Assembly: GCA_965223905.1 (NCBI GenBank)
Contig: CBDCXV010000010.1
Location: 1,248,001 to 1,312,000, forward strand
Direction of reading: 5' to 3'
DNA length: 64,000 bases
Origin: Candidatus Latescibacterota bacterium
GTDB taxonomy: Bacteria; Latescibacterota; UBA2968; UBA8231
The notes beneath the pieces are model-generated. The model had not been told where the DNA came from. It saw only the letters and a list, made by a program, of their open reading frames with translations, and ran no database searches. Positions 1 to 9,401 of the stretch are shown piece after piece. The position numbers were made by a program, and so were the translations under genes. Position 1 is the first letter of the stretch. Each line of letters opens with the position of its first letter.

Positions 1-730
1 CCGCGGTCGCTCCACCGGGATGGCCGATCAGCTTTTCGTATTCGGCGGCGCCGACGAGCCCGCCGATGAGGCCGCGCATCTGCCCCGACTGCAGGAACGG
101 GTAGAGATCGGGGGCCATCACCGCAGTGCAGCCCGCGGCAAAGGCGAGATTGTGCCTCTCCTGCCCGAACGGCAGCCACCAGAACTCGATCGAATCCCCG
201 GCCGCCAAGTCGATCACCAGGTCGAAGTCGGAGAGACCGGCGACGCGGGCGGTAAGCGGCACCTCGGCGGTGGCGGTGCCCCAGTTGTCCTTGGGGAAGG
301 CGTCGGCGAAATCCTGGCCCATGTTGATGATGACGCTGTAGGTGCCGGGCTTGTACCCCATGAAGGCGTAATCCTCGCCGTAGGTTTTTTCGAACTCCGC
401 CGCGGTCTCCTCGAGCGCCAGCTGGGCGAGACCGGGCGCTTCCGGCCACAGGCAGACGGCGACGACGCCGACGTCGCGGCTGAAGAGGTGACGCAGCAGG
501 GCCTTGGCCATCGGCTGCATTTCCGGTTCGGTGCTGGCTCCGTAGGCGAAGGAGAGCAGGACGAGGGGATCATCCTTTCCCGCGACTTTTTCGACCTCGT
601 CGAAGACAGCCTTCACCTGTTTCTTGGGTTTGACCGGGAACTGCAGATCGGTCAGCAGGGGTATGGCGACCCCGAGGAAGACGGCGGCGAAGATGATGCG
701 GCGGTCGATGCCGAGAAGCCGGTCGATCAT
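1..730 (-). CDS. Conserved membrane-anchored hypothetical protein of the GlmL-like operon (3' end runs off the window)
   Basis: Not in the ORF track; read manually from ATG 730: MIDRLLGIDRRIIFAAVFLGVAIPLL...STEPEMQPMAKALLRHLF...GCTAVMAPDLYPFLQSGQMRGLIGGLVGAAEYE. Open to the window edge; start overlaps the stop of the upstream gene. Confidence 0.8.
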   Translation of the reverse strand, partial: MIDRLLGIDRRIIFAAVFLGVAIPLLTDLQFPVKPKKQVKAVFDEVEKVAGKDDPLVLLSFAYGASTEPEMQPMAKALLRHLFSRDVGVVAVCLWPEAPGLAQLALEETAAEFEKTYGEDYAFMGYKPGTYSVIINMGQDFADAFPKDNWGTATAEVPLTARVAGLSDFDLVIDLAAGDSIEFWWLPFGQERHNLAFAAGCTAVMAPDLYPFLQSGQMRGLIGGLVGAAEYEKLIGHPGGATA

Positions 731-1383
731 TCCTCACCCCCTCCGACGTAGGATCGCTCGATACCGAAGATGATGCGCAGCGAGGTGGCGATGGCTCCGA
801 GACTCACCCCCAGCAGAATGCCGCGCTTGGCCGCGAGGTTGGGGACCGACATCAGCCAGTCCGCAAGGACCGGAAGCGCATCGGAGATCATGGCCCCGAT
901 CGGGACGCGGCCGATCATGACGATGACCGCGGCCACGAGGAGGATGGCGGCATCGGCGCTGCGGGCGCGGAAGGTGCGGTACGCCGCCGAGGCTATGAAG
1001 AAGGCGAGCATCGAGAACATCGTCGCCGTGCAGGGGATGTGGACGTACTGGAACATCCACTGGTAGGCCCCTTCCTGGGCCTGCGGGGCGAACGGTCCGG
1101 CGCCGTCGTTGTGGACGACGAAGAGAAACATGACGCCGAAGCTCGCCAGGGCGACGGCGTTGTACCCCCAGCCGGCGACCCGCTGCCGGATGCGGCTCCA
1201 GTGCAGGTTGAGCAGGCTGAAGAGCCCGAGGAAGTAGGCGAAGGCGAAGACGATGCGCAGCCACAGGGCCAGCTCGCGCTCGACCTCCTGTGCGCCTGGG
1301 TGAGGGATGTAAAAGACCGCCACCGCGACGACGCCGAAGGCGAAGGCGGCCAGTACCGGAAGAGTGCGGCTCAGAAACAGCAT
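727..1383 (-). CDS. Conserved multi-pass membrane protein (GlmL-like operon)
   Basis: 218 aa, about 6 hydrophobic segments, motif ATMFSMLAFFIASAAYRTFRAR; tightly packed with neighbours. Confidence 0.8.
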   Translation of the reverse strand: MLFLSRTLPVLAAFAFGVVAVAVFYIPHPGAQEVERELALWLRIVFAFAYFLGLFSLLNLHWSRIRQRVAGWGYNAVALASFGVMFLFVVHNDGAGPFAPQAQEGAYQWMFQYVHIPCTATMFSMLAFFIASAAYRTFRARSADAAILLVAAVIVMIGRVPIGAMISDALPVLADWLMSVPNLAAKRGILLGVSLGAIATSLRIIFGIERSYVGGGEE

Positions 1384-1392
1384 TTCTCCAGC

Positions 1393-2592
1393 CTACAAAG
1401 CGGTGAACAGGTGCGTGAGCCAGGGGATTCCGGCCGTCGCCAGCAGCGAGCCGGCGATCAGGACGAACAGCAGCAGTCCCTTGCCGATGTCCTGTCCCTT
1501 CAGGCTGCCGAGCAGCCGGGGCTCGCGGGACAGGTAGGCGCTGGCGGCGTACAGCTCCTCGCCGAGGAGAGTGTAGTCGCAGGTGGTGACGAAGAACGGG
1601 AGTTGGGTGAAGGCGTCGGTTCCGGCGATCTGGATCGCCCCGGTGGAGGCCCCGGTCTCGGCGAGCAGCAGCGACTCGGCGTAGAAATACCCCATCATGA
1701 TGTGGGCCGCCGGCTTCTCGCGCACCATGATCCCCTCGACCGCGGCGGCGTAGCTGAACTGGTCGGTGCCGGCGATGAAGATGTTGTCCGGGTTGTAGGC
1801 GTCCGGCCGCCCCGCCTCTATGTACGCCTCCTTCACCGTCTCCTGGCTGACCGACATCACCACCGGGTCGGCGTTGGTCACCTTCAGCAGGGTGTCGTAC
1901 TCCGCGGTGCGGCGGGCGACGCGGCCGAGGATGTTGACGGCGGCGATGGTGGAGATCGCGTTCATCTCGCGAAGGCCGTGGATGAAGAGCACCGACCTGC
2001 CCATCTCGGTGGCGCGGCCCAGCGCCTCGTCGAGCGCCTCGAGGCCGGCGATGCGGCGCACGAAGAGGTCCTTTCTTTTCGCCATCGAGATCGAGATCAG
2101 GATCGCCGCGGACAGCGCCACCCCGAGGAGGAGGTTGTTGAGCTTGCTCCAGTCGAACAGCTGCGCCGTCGCCGTCGCCTCGACCGCCTTGCCGCGGCCT
2201 TCCCCGGCGGCGGTTCGCACCCCGACGCGGAGGAAGTAGGGAGTGTCGTCCTTCAGCGCCACCCGCTCTCCGTCGACTTCGTACTTCTCGACGTGGGCGA
2301 ACTGGTGCCGCGAGGTCTCCGGGCCGAAGCCGAAGACCGAGCGGTCTTCCGACTGCAGGCCGGAGCCGGCGGCAACGGAGGCGGCCAGGTGGAACGGCCC
2401 GGTGGCGAGCTCGGCGACGTAGATATTGTAGACGGCGTCCCCGGGGGCGGCCTCATCGAGCGGCCAGGTCACGGTGATGCTGCCGCCGCTGTCGTTCGGG
2501 GTGTCGAAGGCTTCGAAGGGGGGCGGCGCCGCGGCCTGCCCCCAGGCCAGGGACGGAAGCAGGAAGAGCAGCAGCAGGCGGGAGGGTTTCAT
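1393..2592 (-). CDS. Signal peptide + FN3-like domain + TM + DUF6754-like domain protein
   Basis: N-terminal signal, DTPNDSGGSITVTW FN3-like start, TM helix, then VRRIAGLEALDEALGRATEMGR...GYFYAESLLLAETG...DYTLLGEELYAASAYLS recognised as DUF6754-like. Confidence 0.75.
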   Translation of the reverse strand: MKPSRLLLLFLLPSLAWGQAAAPPPFEAFDTPNDSGGSITVTWPLDEAAPGDAVYNIYVAELATGPFHLAASVAAGSGLQSEDRSVFGFGPETSRHQFAHVEKYEVDGERVALKDDTPYFLRVGVRTAAGEGRGKAVEATATAQLFDWSKLNNLLLGVALSAAILISISMAKRKDLFVRRIAGLEALDEALGRATEMGRSVLFIHGLREMNAISTIAAVNILGRVARRTAEYDTLLKVTNADPVVMSVSQETVKEAYIEAGRPDAYNPDNIFIAGTDQFSYAAAVEGIMVREKPAAHIMMGYFYAESLLLAETGASTGAIQIAGTDAFTQLPFFVTTCDYTLLGEELYAASAYLSREPRLLGSLKGQDIGKGLLLFVLIAGSLLATAGIPWLTHLFTAL

Positions 2593-2783
2593 TCCATCAA
2601 TACCATTTGAGCTTCAACTGGCTGAAGTCAGCTGCACAAAGCTTCGGCCGCGTCCGGGCAGATTCCGCGGTCGTGCATTCGAGACCCGCCCCCTTGCGCG
2701 AGGAGCAGATTCCTTGCCCAGTGTAGTCGGATTGAAGCGGCCCTTGGGCTGGGCGCTGTCGGATCCGGGTAGTCCCACCATCC

Positions 2784-3911
2784 TCACTGCTCGATCAGCT
2801 CGACGTTGGCGCGCGGGACGACCGCCCGGGTCCCGTCTTCGAACTCGACCTCGAGCACCCGCACCCGGGCCCCGCTTTCGACCTCCCGAAGTTCCGGGAT
2901 GAGGGCGCGCACCCGGGCGACGCGCCCGAAGTGAGGGGCGCGGATTACGCGCAGGGCGTCCCCTTCGGCCATGCCTTCCTGATTCTCTTTCGCCGCGGTT
3001 GCCTCGTCCCGCTCCGGGCTCGGCGAGGGGATGAGGATCTCCGGCCGCTGGACCCCGGCGCGGATCTGGGTCGCACCGGAGATCGAGGCCTGCATGCCGT
3101 CGCACGAGCGCAGGATGTCGAAGGTATTGCGCGCCATGGCTATCTCTCCGAACCCCTCGGTGACGATCACGGTGGTGCCGATATCCTCGGCGCCGGTGAT
3201 GGCGACGCCGAGATCGTAGCCGAGCAGCTCCTTGAGATCGCGGTCGTGGATGCCGCCGGCGATCACCCCGGCGGCCCCGGCCCCGGCCGCCTTCTCCAGC
3301 GCCTCGATGCCGGCGATGCCGCCGGCGACCAGCACGGCGCCGCGGCAGCGCTCGTCGATCTGCCCTGCCCGAAGCGGTTCGTCGTGAGCCTGCGACAGGA
3401 CCCGAAGCGGCCCCCAGCGCTCTCCGCCGACGCCGAATATCCCCTGCACGTAAGCCCCCTCCGTCTCGACGACGACCCCCTCTCCGGGAAGCTCCTCGAC
3501 GACCGCTCCGTCGACGAAGGCGGGAATCTCGACGCTCGACGGCGGCTTGCGCAAGAGCACCTGGCCGGTCACCGAGGAGATGCTCTCGACGACGCCGTCG
3601 GTCTCGGCAGGGACAACGGTCTTGAACCACTTGATCCAGGGCCGCGTCTCGGCCAGCGGCTCCCCCTCCCGCACCGGATCCCCTTCCTGTTTCAGCATGT
3701 AGTGGGGCAGGTCGGCCGCGGTGACGCCGAGCCGGTTGACGAGGTTCTGGGTCACCGCGTCGCCCGGCAGCTCGGTGCGCGCCACTACCTGGTCGCGGGC
3801 GACGCGGTCGCCGAGACGCACCGCGAGCTCGCCGGCCAGGGGCAGCCGCCGCGTTTTCCGCAGTTTCGTGTGGGCGCTGACGCGCAGGCCCGGGGTGTAG
3901 GCGTGGGCCAT
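2784..3911 (-). CDS. Conserved hypothetical protein with barrel-sandwich-hybrid (biotinyl/lipoyl-like) repeats and a swivel-like domain
   Basis: Start MAHAYTPGLRV at 3911 shares a base with the upstream stop; VRLGDRV..DQVVA and KQEGDPVREGEPLA repeats; ALEKAAGAGAAGVIAGGI; C-terminal KOW-like segment. Confidence 0.75.
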   Translation of the reverse strand: MAHAYTPGLRVSAHTKLRKTRRLPLAGELAVRLGDRVARDQVVARTELPGDAVTQNLVNRLGVTAADLPHYMLKQEGDPVREGEPLAETRPWIKWFKTVVPAETDGVVESISSVTGQVLLRKPPSSVEIPAFVDGAVVEELPGEGVVVETEGAYVQGIFGVGGERWGPLRVLSQAHDEPLRAGQIDERCRGAVLVAGGIAGIEALEKAAGAGAAGVIAGGIHDRDLKELLGYDLGVAITGAEDIGTTVIVTEGFGEIAMARNTFDILRSCDGMQASISGATQIRAGVQRPEILIPSPSPERDEATAAKENQEGMAEGDALRVIRAPHFGRVARVRALIPELREVESGARVRVLEVEFEDGTRAVVPRANVELIEQ

Positions 3912-5746
3912 CAGCCCGGCTCCGCGGCTTCGGGGTAGGATCCGAGCGCCTCGTTCCACGCCTGCACTTGTTCGCGGCGCTCCGCGCCAGACGCGGCGAA
4001 CTGGATCGGCCGCCCGCGCCCGTCGAGCACGAGGCCGGCAGCGCCTCCGCGCACCCGCGCATGCAGCGCGCGGCCGCTGCCCGCCCCGGCGTCCCAGCCC
4101 CGGGCCGGCTCGAGGGAGAGGCCGGCTTCCTCGCCGTCCGCGAGGTCGATCCGCACCAGCTCACCCATCCGCAGTTGGCCGGACACCGATCCAGACGCGC
4201 CGCCGGTGAGGCTGAACTCGCAGCAGACCTCCCCCGGCCTGCCGCTGCCGGCAAGGGCCGCGCAAGTTCCGAGATCGATCAGGCAGTCGCGCTCGAAGAC
4301 ATCGGAGGCGGCCTGTTCGTCCAGGGCAGCCAGGGCCCCGAGGTGGGGCATCATGAATATGCTGTCGACGGCAAGGCGGGTGATCCCCGCCGGCTGGAAC
4401 GCGTCGATCAGCATCGCCGCGGCCTGCACCCGGCGCGGGGCGTGCGAGAGCACTCCGCCGCTGCCGACGAGAAGGTCGAGGGCCGTCATGTCGATCAGGG
4501 ATTCCCCGGTCGCCGACTGCTCGAAGACGTCGGACAGGGTGCGTTCCGACTGCACCCCCTTGAGACCGACGGCGAGGGCGCGGTGCTGGAGGAAGGCGAG
4601 CCGCAGGGCCTCGCGCGCCAGGGCGTGCTCGAGCTGCAGTTCCTCGAGCTGCTGCGGTATGGTGGTCGGCCGGATCATCTTGTTCTTGATGCGGTCGCGC
4701 AGGTCGGTCTCGTCGATGTCGAAAGGTATCCAGCGCATGGCGTTCTCCAGCCCGGCCTCGTTGAGGACGTTGGAGATGCTGTACGACATGCCGAGGTTGG
4801 CGCTCACCGAACGGTTGAAGACCGGCTCTTCCTCATCCGCTGCGGCGCCGTCGGACCTTGGGCGGAAGACGCTGAAGACATCGGTGGTGGCGCCGCCGAT
4901 GTCGACGCCGATGACGTCGATGCCCCGGCGGCGGGCGATGGTCTGGATGATGCGGCCCACCGCGGCCGGGGTCGGGACGATGGGCGCACCGGTCCAGGAC
5001 ATCAGCTTCCGGTACCCCGGGGCCTGCGCCATCACGTGCTCGAGAAAGAGGTCGTGGATCACATGCCGGGCGGGTCCGAGGTTCTCCCTCTCGAGCACCG
5101 GCCGCAGGTTCTCGGTGACGGTCAGGGCGGTTCTCTCCGCCAGCACTTTTTCGATCTCGGAGCGGGCGTCGCGATTCCCCGCGTAGATGAGGGGGAGCCG
5201 GAAGCCGCTGCCGAACCTCGGTCTGGGGTCGGCCGCGGCGATGAACTCGGCGAGCTCGACGACGTGGGAGACGGTGCCGCCGTCGGTGCCGCCGGAAAGC
5301 AGGAACATGTCGGGCCGCAGCCGGCGGATGCGTTCGATCTTCTCGTGGGGAAGCCGGCGGTCGTTGGCGGCGAGGACGTCCATGACGATGGCGCCGGCAC
5401 CCAGCGCGCAGCGCTGCGCGCTTTCCCCCGTCATCGATGCGACCACCCCCGCGACCATCATCTGCAGCCCGCCGCCGGCGCTGCTCGTCGAGATGTAGAT
5501 ATCGACGCCGCGGTCGCCCGCGGCCGGGGTGATGATCCGCTCCCCGTCGAGGATCGTCCGCCCCGACAGCTCCTCCACCTCGGATATGGCGTTGAGCACG
5601 CCGCGCGTGACATCCTCGAAGGGGGCCTCGACCGTGGTCGGGGCCTCGCCCCGGAAGGTCTGCCGGCAGATTCCGTCCGCCTGGCGCTCGATGAGGATCG
5701 CCTTGGTCGTGGTGCTGCCGCAGTCGGTGGCGATGAAGACGTCCAT
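3911..5746 (-). CDS. GlmL/MutL-like (glutamate mutase accessory family) ASKHA-fold ATPase
   Basis: Start MDVFIATDCGSTTTK; second phosphate motif VDIGGATTDVFS; STSSAGGGLQM and LSGGTDGG. No glutamate mutase genes in the window. Confidence 0.8.
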   Translation of the reverse strand: MDVFIATDCGSTTTKAILIERQADGICRQTFRGEAPTTVEAPFEDVTRGVLNAISEVEELSGRTILDGERIITPAAGDRGVDIYISTSSAGGGLQMMVAGVVASMTGESAQRCALGAGAIVMDVLAANDRRLPHEKIERIRRLRPDMFLLSGGTDGGTVSHVVELAEFIAAADPRPRFGSGFRLPLIYAGNRDARSEIEKVLAERTALTVTENLRPVLERENLGPARHVIHDLFLEHVMAQAPGYRKLMSWTGAPIVPTPAAVGRIIQTIARRRGIDVIGVDIGGATTDVFSVFRPRSDGAAADEEEPVFNRSVSANLGMSYSISNVLNEAGLENAMRWIPFDIDETDLRDRIKNKMIRPTTIPQQLEELQLEHALAREALRLAFLQHRALAVGLKGVQSERTLSDVFEQSATGESLIDMTALDLLVGSGGVLSHAPRRVQAAAMLIDAFQPAGITRLAVDSIFMMPHLGALAALDEQAASDVFERDCLIDLGTCAALAGSGRPGEVCCEFSLTGGASGSVSGQLRMGELVRIDLADGEEAGLSLEPARGWDAGAGSGRALHARVRGGAAGLVLDGRGRPIQFAASGAERREQVQAWNEALGSYPEAAEPG

Positions 5747-5759
5747 TTTCGATCCTGCC

Positions 5760-6116
5760 CTACTGCCGGTCCGCGTCCCGGTTCTGGCTCCGGTCACCTC
5801 GGCTCGAGATGGCCTCCACCAGGGCGTCGACGGCGCGGCGCTTGGCGAGCAGCCGGGTGAAGCGTTTCAGCTCCTCGGGGTTGAAGATCAGCGAGATAAA
5901 GGGGCTGAGGAAGACGAGAAGCTGACTGCCGACGAAGTTGAGCGGCCGCCCGACTTCGAGGAGCATGACCGCCGGGGCGGTCAGTCCGCGGCGCACGAGG
6001 AAGTCGGCGATCCGCTCGATCAGCTCCCGCTCCGCAGCGTCGATGTCGCGGTCGGCAGCCGATTCCACGGCGAAGGCGTGCGACCACCAGGCCCGCATCC
6101 GCTCAACCCGGGACAT
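5760..6116 (-). CDS. Hypothetical protein
   Basis: MSRVERMRAWWSHAFAVES...LIERIADFLVRRGLTAPAVMLLEVGRPLNFVGSQLLVFLSPF; in operon arrangement. Confidence 0.7.
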   Translation of the reverse strand: MSRVERMRAWWSHAFAVESAADRDIDAAERELIERIADFLVRRGLTAPAVMLLEVGRPLNFVGSQLLVFLSPFISLIFNPEELKRFTRLLAKRRAVDALVEAISSRGDRSQNRDADRQ

Positions 6117-6534
6117 GCCGTCCGACCAGTTCCTCCAGCTTTTCCACCCCGACCCCGGCGGCCGGCAGAAAGAGGCCCCGGAAGCTGTCCAGCCGGCTGG
6201 GACGGGGGAACGGGCTGAGGAAGAGCCCGTCATCGCGGACCTCGACGCGGCGTATCTCCTTCCAGGCTCGCAGCCGCCGCCGGAACAGGTGGCTCACGGC
6301 GATTCCGGCGGCGCCGATCTCGTAGCGGGTCGGCAGGAGGAACCGCGACATCGACCCGCTGAGAACGGCGAGGGCTATGGCGCCGTACAGGAGGCCCTCG
6401 AAAGCGACCGCGGCGAGGGCGGAGAAGGCGAGAATCGCCGCCACCAAAGCCGCGGATTTCGGCCACGGCTCTTCGAAGAGAGGGTGGCAGACCCAGGCAC
6501 AGCGGGCCGGATGGGGGGTGGTTTCGCAGCTCAT
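6103..6534 (-). CDS. Small membrane protein (2 TM + PH-like beta domain)
   Basis: Two TM helices then FLLPTRYEI...W..IRRVE...LFLSPFPRPSRLDSFRGLFL; overlaps the next gene. Confidence 0.7.
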   Translation of the reverse strand: MSCETTPHPARCAWVCHPLFEEPWPKSAALVAAILAFSALAAVAFEGLLYGAIALAVLSGSMSRFLLPTRYEIGAAGIAVSHLFRRRLRAWKEIRRVEVRDDGLFLSPFPRPSRLDSFRGLFLPAAGVGVEKLEELVGRHVPG

Positions 6535-6627
6535 CGGTTAGTCGGGCTCACGGAGGTGGCGGGGGAGGCAATCGGGCAGTGTTAATTCTGGCTCCAGAAG
6601 TCCCGAGATGCCAAAATTGGGGATCTG

Positions 6628-6867
6628 TCAACTTCGACGAGCATCCTGAATCGCCTGATTGAAGGCTAAGGACCAGGTTCCTCTGACCCATGTCGGAATC
6701 GTACTCGGAACCTGATTGCCGAGAACTACAAACTCCGCATCTGGATCGGCCTTGTGGCCCTCCTGATATCCCATCTTCCAGGCTTCCTCCATCGGCATAT
6801 GGCCACTGCCTTTGTCTTGGTAATAACTGCGAAATTCGACGAATCGTCTCCGCATCAGCTGGATCAT
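6628..6867 (-). CDS. Small protein downstream of the CRISPR array, weak Rmf/CrpP-like pattern
   Basis: 79 aa; strong SD GAGGTG 7 nt before ATG; AWKMGYQEG...P...W...A pattern. Confidence 0.5.
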   Translation of the reverse strand: MIQLMRRRFVEFRSYYQDKGSGHMPMEEAWKMGYQEGHKADPDAEFVVLGNQVPSTIPTWVRGTWSLAFNQAIQDARRS

Positions 6868-7055
6868 CTTGTCTCACCTCTGGTTGGAGGGCCTTCGCCC
6901 TCTGAATGGGCGCCTGCTATCTCGGCGTGGGTTCGGTGGGATCATCCCCTCCCGAGCAGGCCTTCGACGGTTGGCATGTTATTGGCCGCCGGATGGCCTG
7001 GAGTTTATCCGGGATGTCCGGTTTTTCACAGGGCTTGTGTGGAACATGTGGATAA

Positions 7056-8904
7056 CGCTCAACAAGGCGGGGATGCTTACCCCGACGACACTTGAAGATA
7101 CTGAATGTGGTTGACCTAGACCTTGAACCGCACCGTCGCTCAACGAAGGCCGGGGCGCTTACCCCGGCGACACCGCCGCACGAACTTCACCTAACTGACT
7201 CATTAGAAACGCTCAACGAAGGCCGGGGTGATTACCCCGGCGACACGACGATGGCGTGATCGTCACCTCCGAGGCTCGTGGCCGCTCAACGAAGGCCGGG
7301 GTGATTACCCCGGCGACACAATGGCGACCAGGGACTGCCCGCCCACCGAACGGCCCGCTCAACGAAGGCCGGGGTGATTACCCCGGCGACACGCGGCCCA
7401 CCCCCTGCTGCTACTATACTACCTGTGCTCGCTCAACGAAGGCCGGGGTGCTTACCCCGGCGACACTGGGGAAACGAGGTTTATGAACACCGGCGGCGCG
7501 GTCGCTCAACGAAGGCCGGGGTGCTTACCCCGGCGACACGGAGTGGCAATCGGCGATGATTCACTGGACCCTCGTCGCTCAACGAAGGCCGGGGTGCTTA
7601 CCCCGGCGACACGGCCCGCTTGACGCGGTGCGGGTCTGGATCGGGAACGCTCAACGAAGGCCGGGGTGCTTACCCCGGCGACACCCCTATACGATTGTCC
7701 TTGACATCAGTAACACCCTACCCGCTCAACGAAGGCCGGGGTGCTTACCCCGGCGACACGCATCCCGAAGCTTTTCCATCTTGTCGGCAACCTTCATCGC
7801 TCAACGAAGGCCGGGGTGCTTACCCCGGCGACACGAGGCCGACGCGCAGCTGATTCAGACCTGCCTCGATCGCTCAACGAAGGCCGGGGTGCTTACCCCG
7901 GCGACACGCCCAGCTGGACCTATGAGATGGCCCAGGGCCATAGGTCGCTCAACGAAGGCCGGGGTGCTTACCCCGGCGACACGGGCGGAGACCAATGCCG
8001 CGTTTCCGTTTGTTTCCAGCCCGCTCAACGAAGGCCGGGGTGCTTACCCCGGCGACACTTCGGGCAGTCGCCGTCTCGCAGCCACTCGCCTAAGGTTTTT
8101 CCCGCTCAACGAAGGCCGGGGTGCTTACCCCGGCGACACATGGAGATCCCGTCGTTCCGAAGAACGACCGCCCCGTTCGCTCAACGAAGGCCGGGGTGCT
8201 TACCCCGGCGACACTTGGCAGCTTGCCAGACCAGAAGCCACCTTGGCCTTGCCCAATGTCGCTCAACGAAGGCCGGGGTGCTTACCCCGGCGACACTCGG
8301 TCGCACCAGTCACTGGATAGGCATCAGGAGGGAGCACGCTCAACGAAGGCCGGGGTGCTTACCCCGGCGACACATCCGAAATCACATTGACTGTAGCCCA
8401 AGCCACCCGGATGCCCGCTCAACGAAGGCCGGGGTGCTTACCCCGGCGACACCCGGGCGGACGGTCTGTGCACGGAATGCGGGGGAGAACGCTCAACGAA
8501 GGCCGGGGTGCTTACCCCGGCGACACGCTTATGGGGGCCTACGCTTTCGGATTCAATCGCGGACGCTCAACGAAGGCCGGGGTGCTTACCCCGGCGACAC
8601 GTGTTGGCCGCTTCCGGCGGCAACCTGGCCGAAGTTGTTGAACGCTCAACGAAGGCCGGGGTGCTTACCCCGGCGACACTTTTGAAGTCCCCGACGTGGC
8701 AACAGTAGGCCACCTTCGCTCAACGAAGGCCGGGGTGCTTACCCCGGCGACACTTGCGGAAGAATTACTTGCTTCCTCTGTGTGTCGTAGTCCGCTCAAC
8801 GAAGGCCGGGGTGCTTACCCCGGCGACACGAGAGGGTGGACGTCGACGGGTCCGTTCACCCGAGGGACGCTCAACGAAGGCCGGGGTGCTTACCCCGGCG
8901 ACAC
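7056..8904 (-). CRISPR. Type I-G CRISPR array: 25 repeats (24 intact + degenerate terminal repeat 7056-7091), 24 spacers of 35-45 nt
   Basis: 37-bp repeat GTGTCGCCGGGGTAAGCACCCCGGCCTTCGTTGAGCG (minus strand) with GCCGGGGT/ACCCCGGC hairpin; variant repeats only at the low-coordinate (trailer) end. Confidence 0.99.
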
Positions 8905-9108
8905 TGCTAATTTCTGCAAAAACGGGGAACCGAGCCGAAACAAGATCCTTTCTCGGAAGCGGAGATTTCAGAGATGGCTTGTTTGTAGGCAATTCGCTCG
9001 CTCGAGAACGATACTGTTAAGAGAAATCGGTACAAATGGGGAGAAACTGGCCCTAACGACGACGCTCCGTACCCGGCACTTTCGGATCACCAAGGGTTCG
9101 CAAGTGGG
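8905..9108 (-). promoter_or_regulatory. CRISPR leader
   Basis: AT-richer non-coding stretch between the cas2 stop and the first perfect repeat, opposite the degenerate end. Confidence 0.8.
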
Positions 9109-9399
9109 TTAAAGCACCCAAGGCTGGCCAAGCTCGTGAAGTTGGGTTCGACCAAATCGCAGTCTGGCGTCTTCCAAGCGCCCGGGGAACCGATACACGA
9201 TCACCGAATCACGATGACGGTCGATGACGTCCTGGATCTCGCCGACCATGCGGGCCAACCGCTCAGGGGACAGGCGGCACTCGAAGACCGATAGCTGCAC
9301 CCGTTGACCGTACTTCTCGCAGACTTCGGCGATATGCCTGAGCCGGGGGGCACCCGTGCTTTCCGTGTCGGCGATGTCGTAGGTAACCAGAACGTCCAT
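9109..9399 (-). CDS. cas2: CRISPR-associated endonuclease Cas2
   Basis: MDVLVTYDI...RLRHIAEVCEKYGQRVQLSVFEC...DSVIVY, 96 aa. Confidence 0.97.
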   Translation of the reverse strand: MDVLVTYDIADTESTGAPRLRHIAEVCEKYGQRVQLSVFECRLSPERLARMVGEIQDVIDRHRDSVIVYRFPGRLEDARLRFGRTQLHELGQPWVL

Positions 9400-9401
9400 C
9401 G

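Noticed and set aside
2593-2783. 190-bp gap in the GlmL-like operon as a riboswitch (e.g. cobalamin)
   Set aside because: No recognisable riboswitch core; contains only a TACACT -10-like hexamer and short stems.
7047-7055. Perfect DnaA box (TGTGGATAA) next to the terminal repeat
   Set aside because: Single box, no cluster, unwinding element or dnaA context; not an origin.
7092-8867. Self-targeting spacers or a CreTA-like mini-array
   Set aside because: No spacer match within the window and no extra repeat near the cas promoter seen by eye; a full search was not possible.
7256-9112. ORFs with repeating AQRRPGCLPRRH / STKAGVLTPAT / LNEGRGAYPGDT
   Set aside because: Translations of the CRISPR repeats, not genes.
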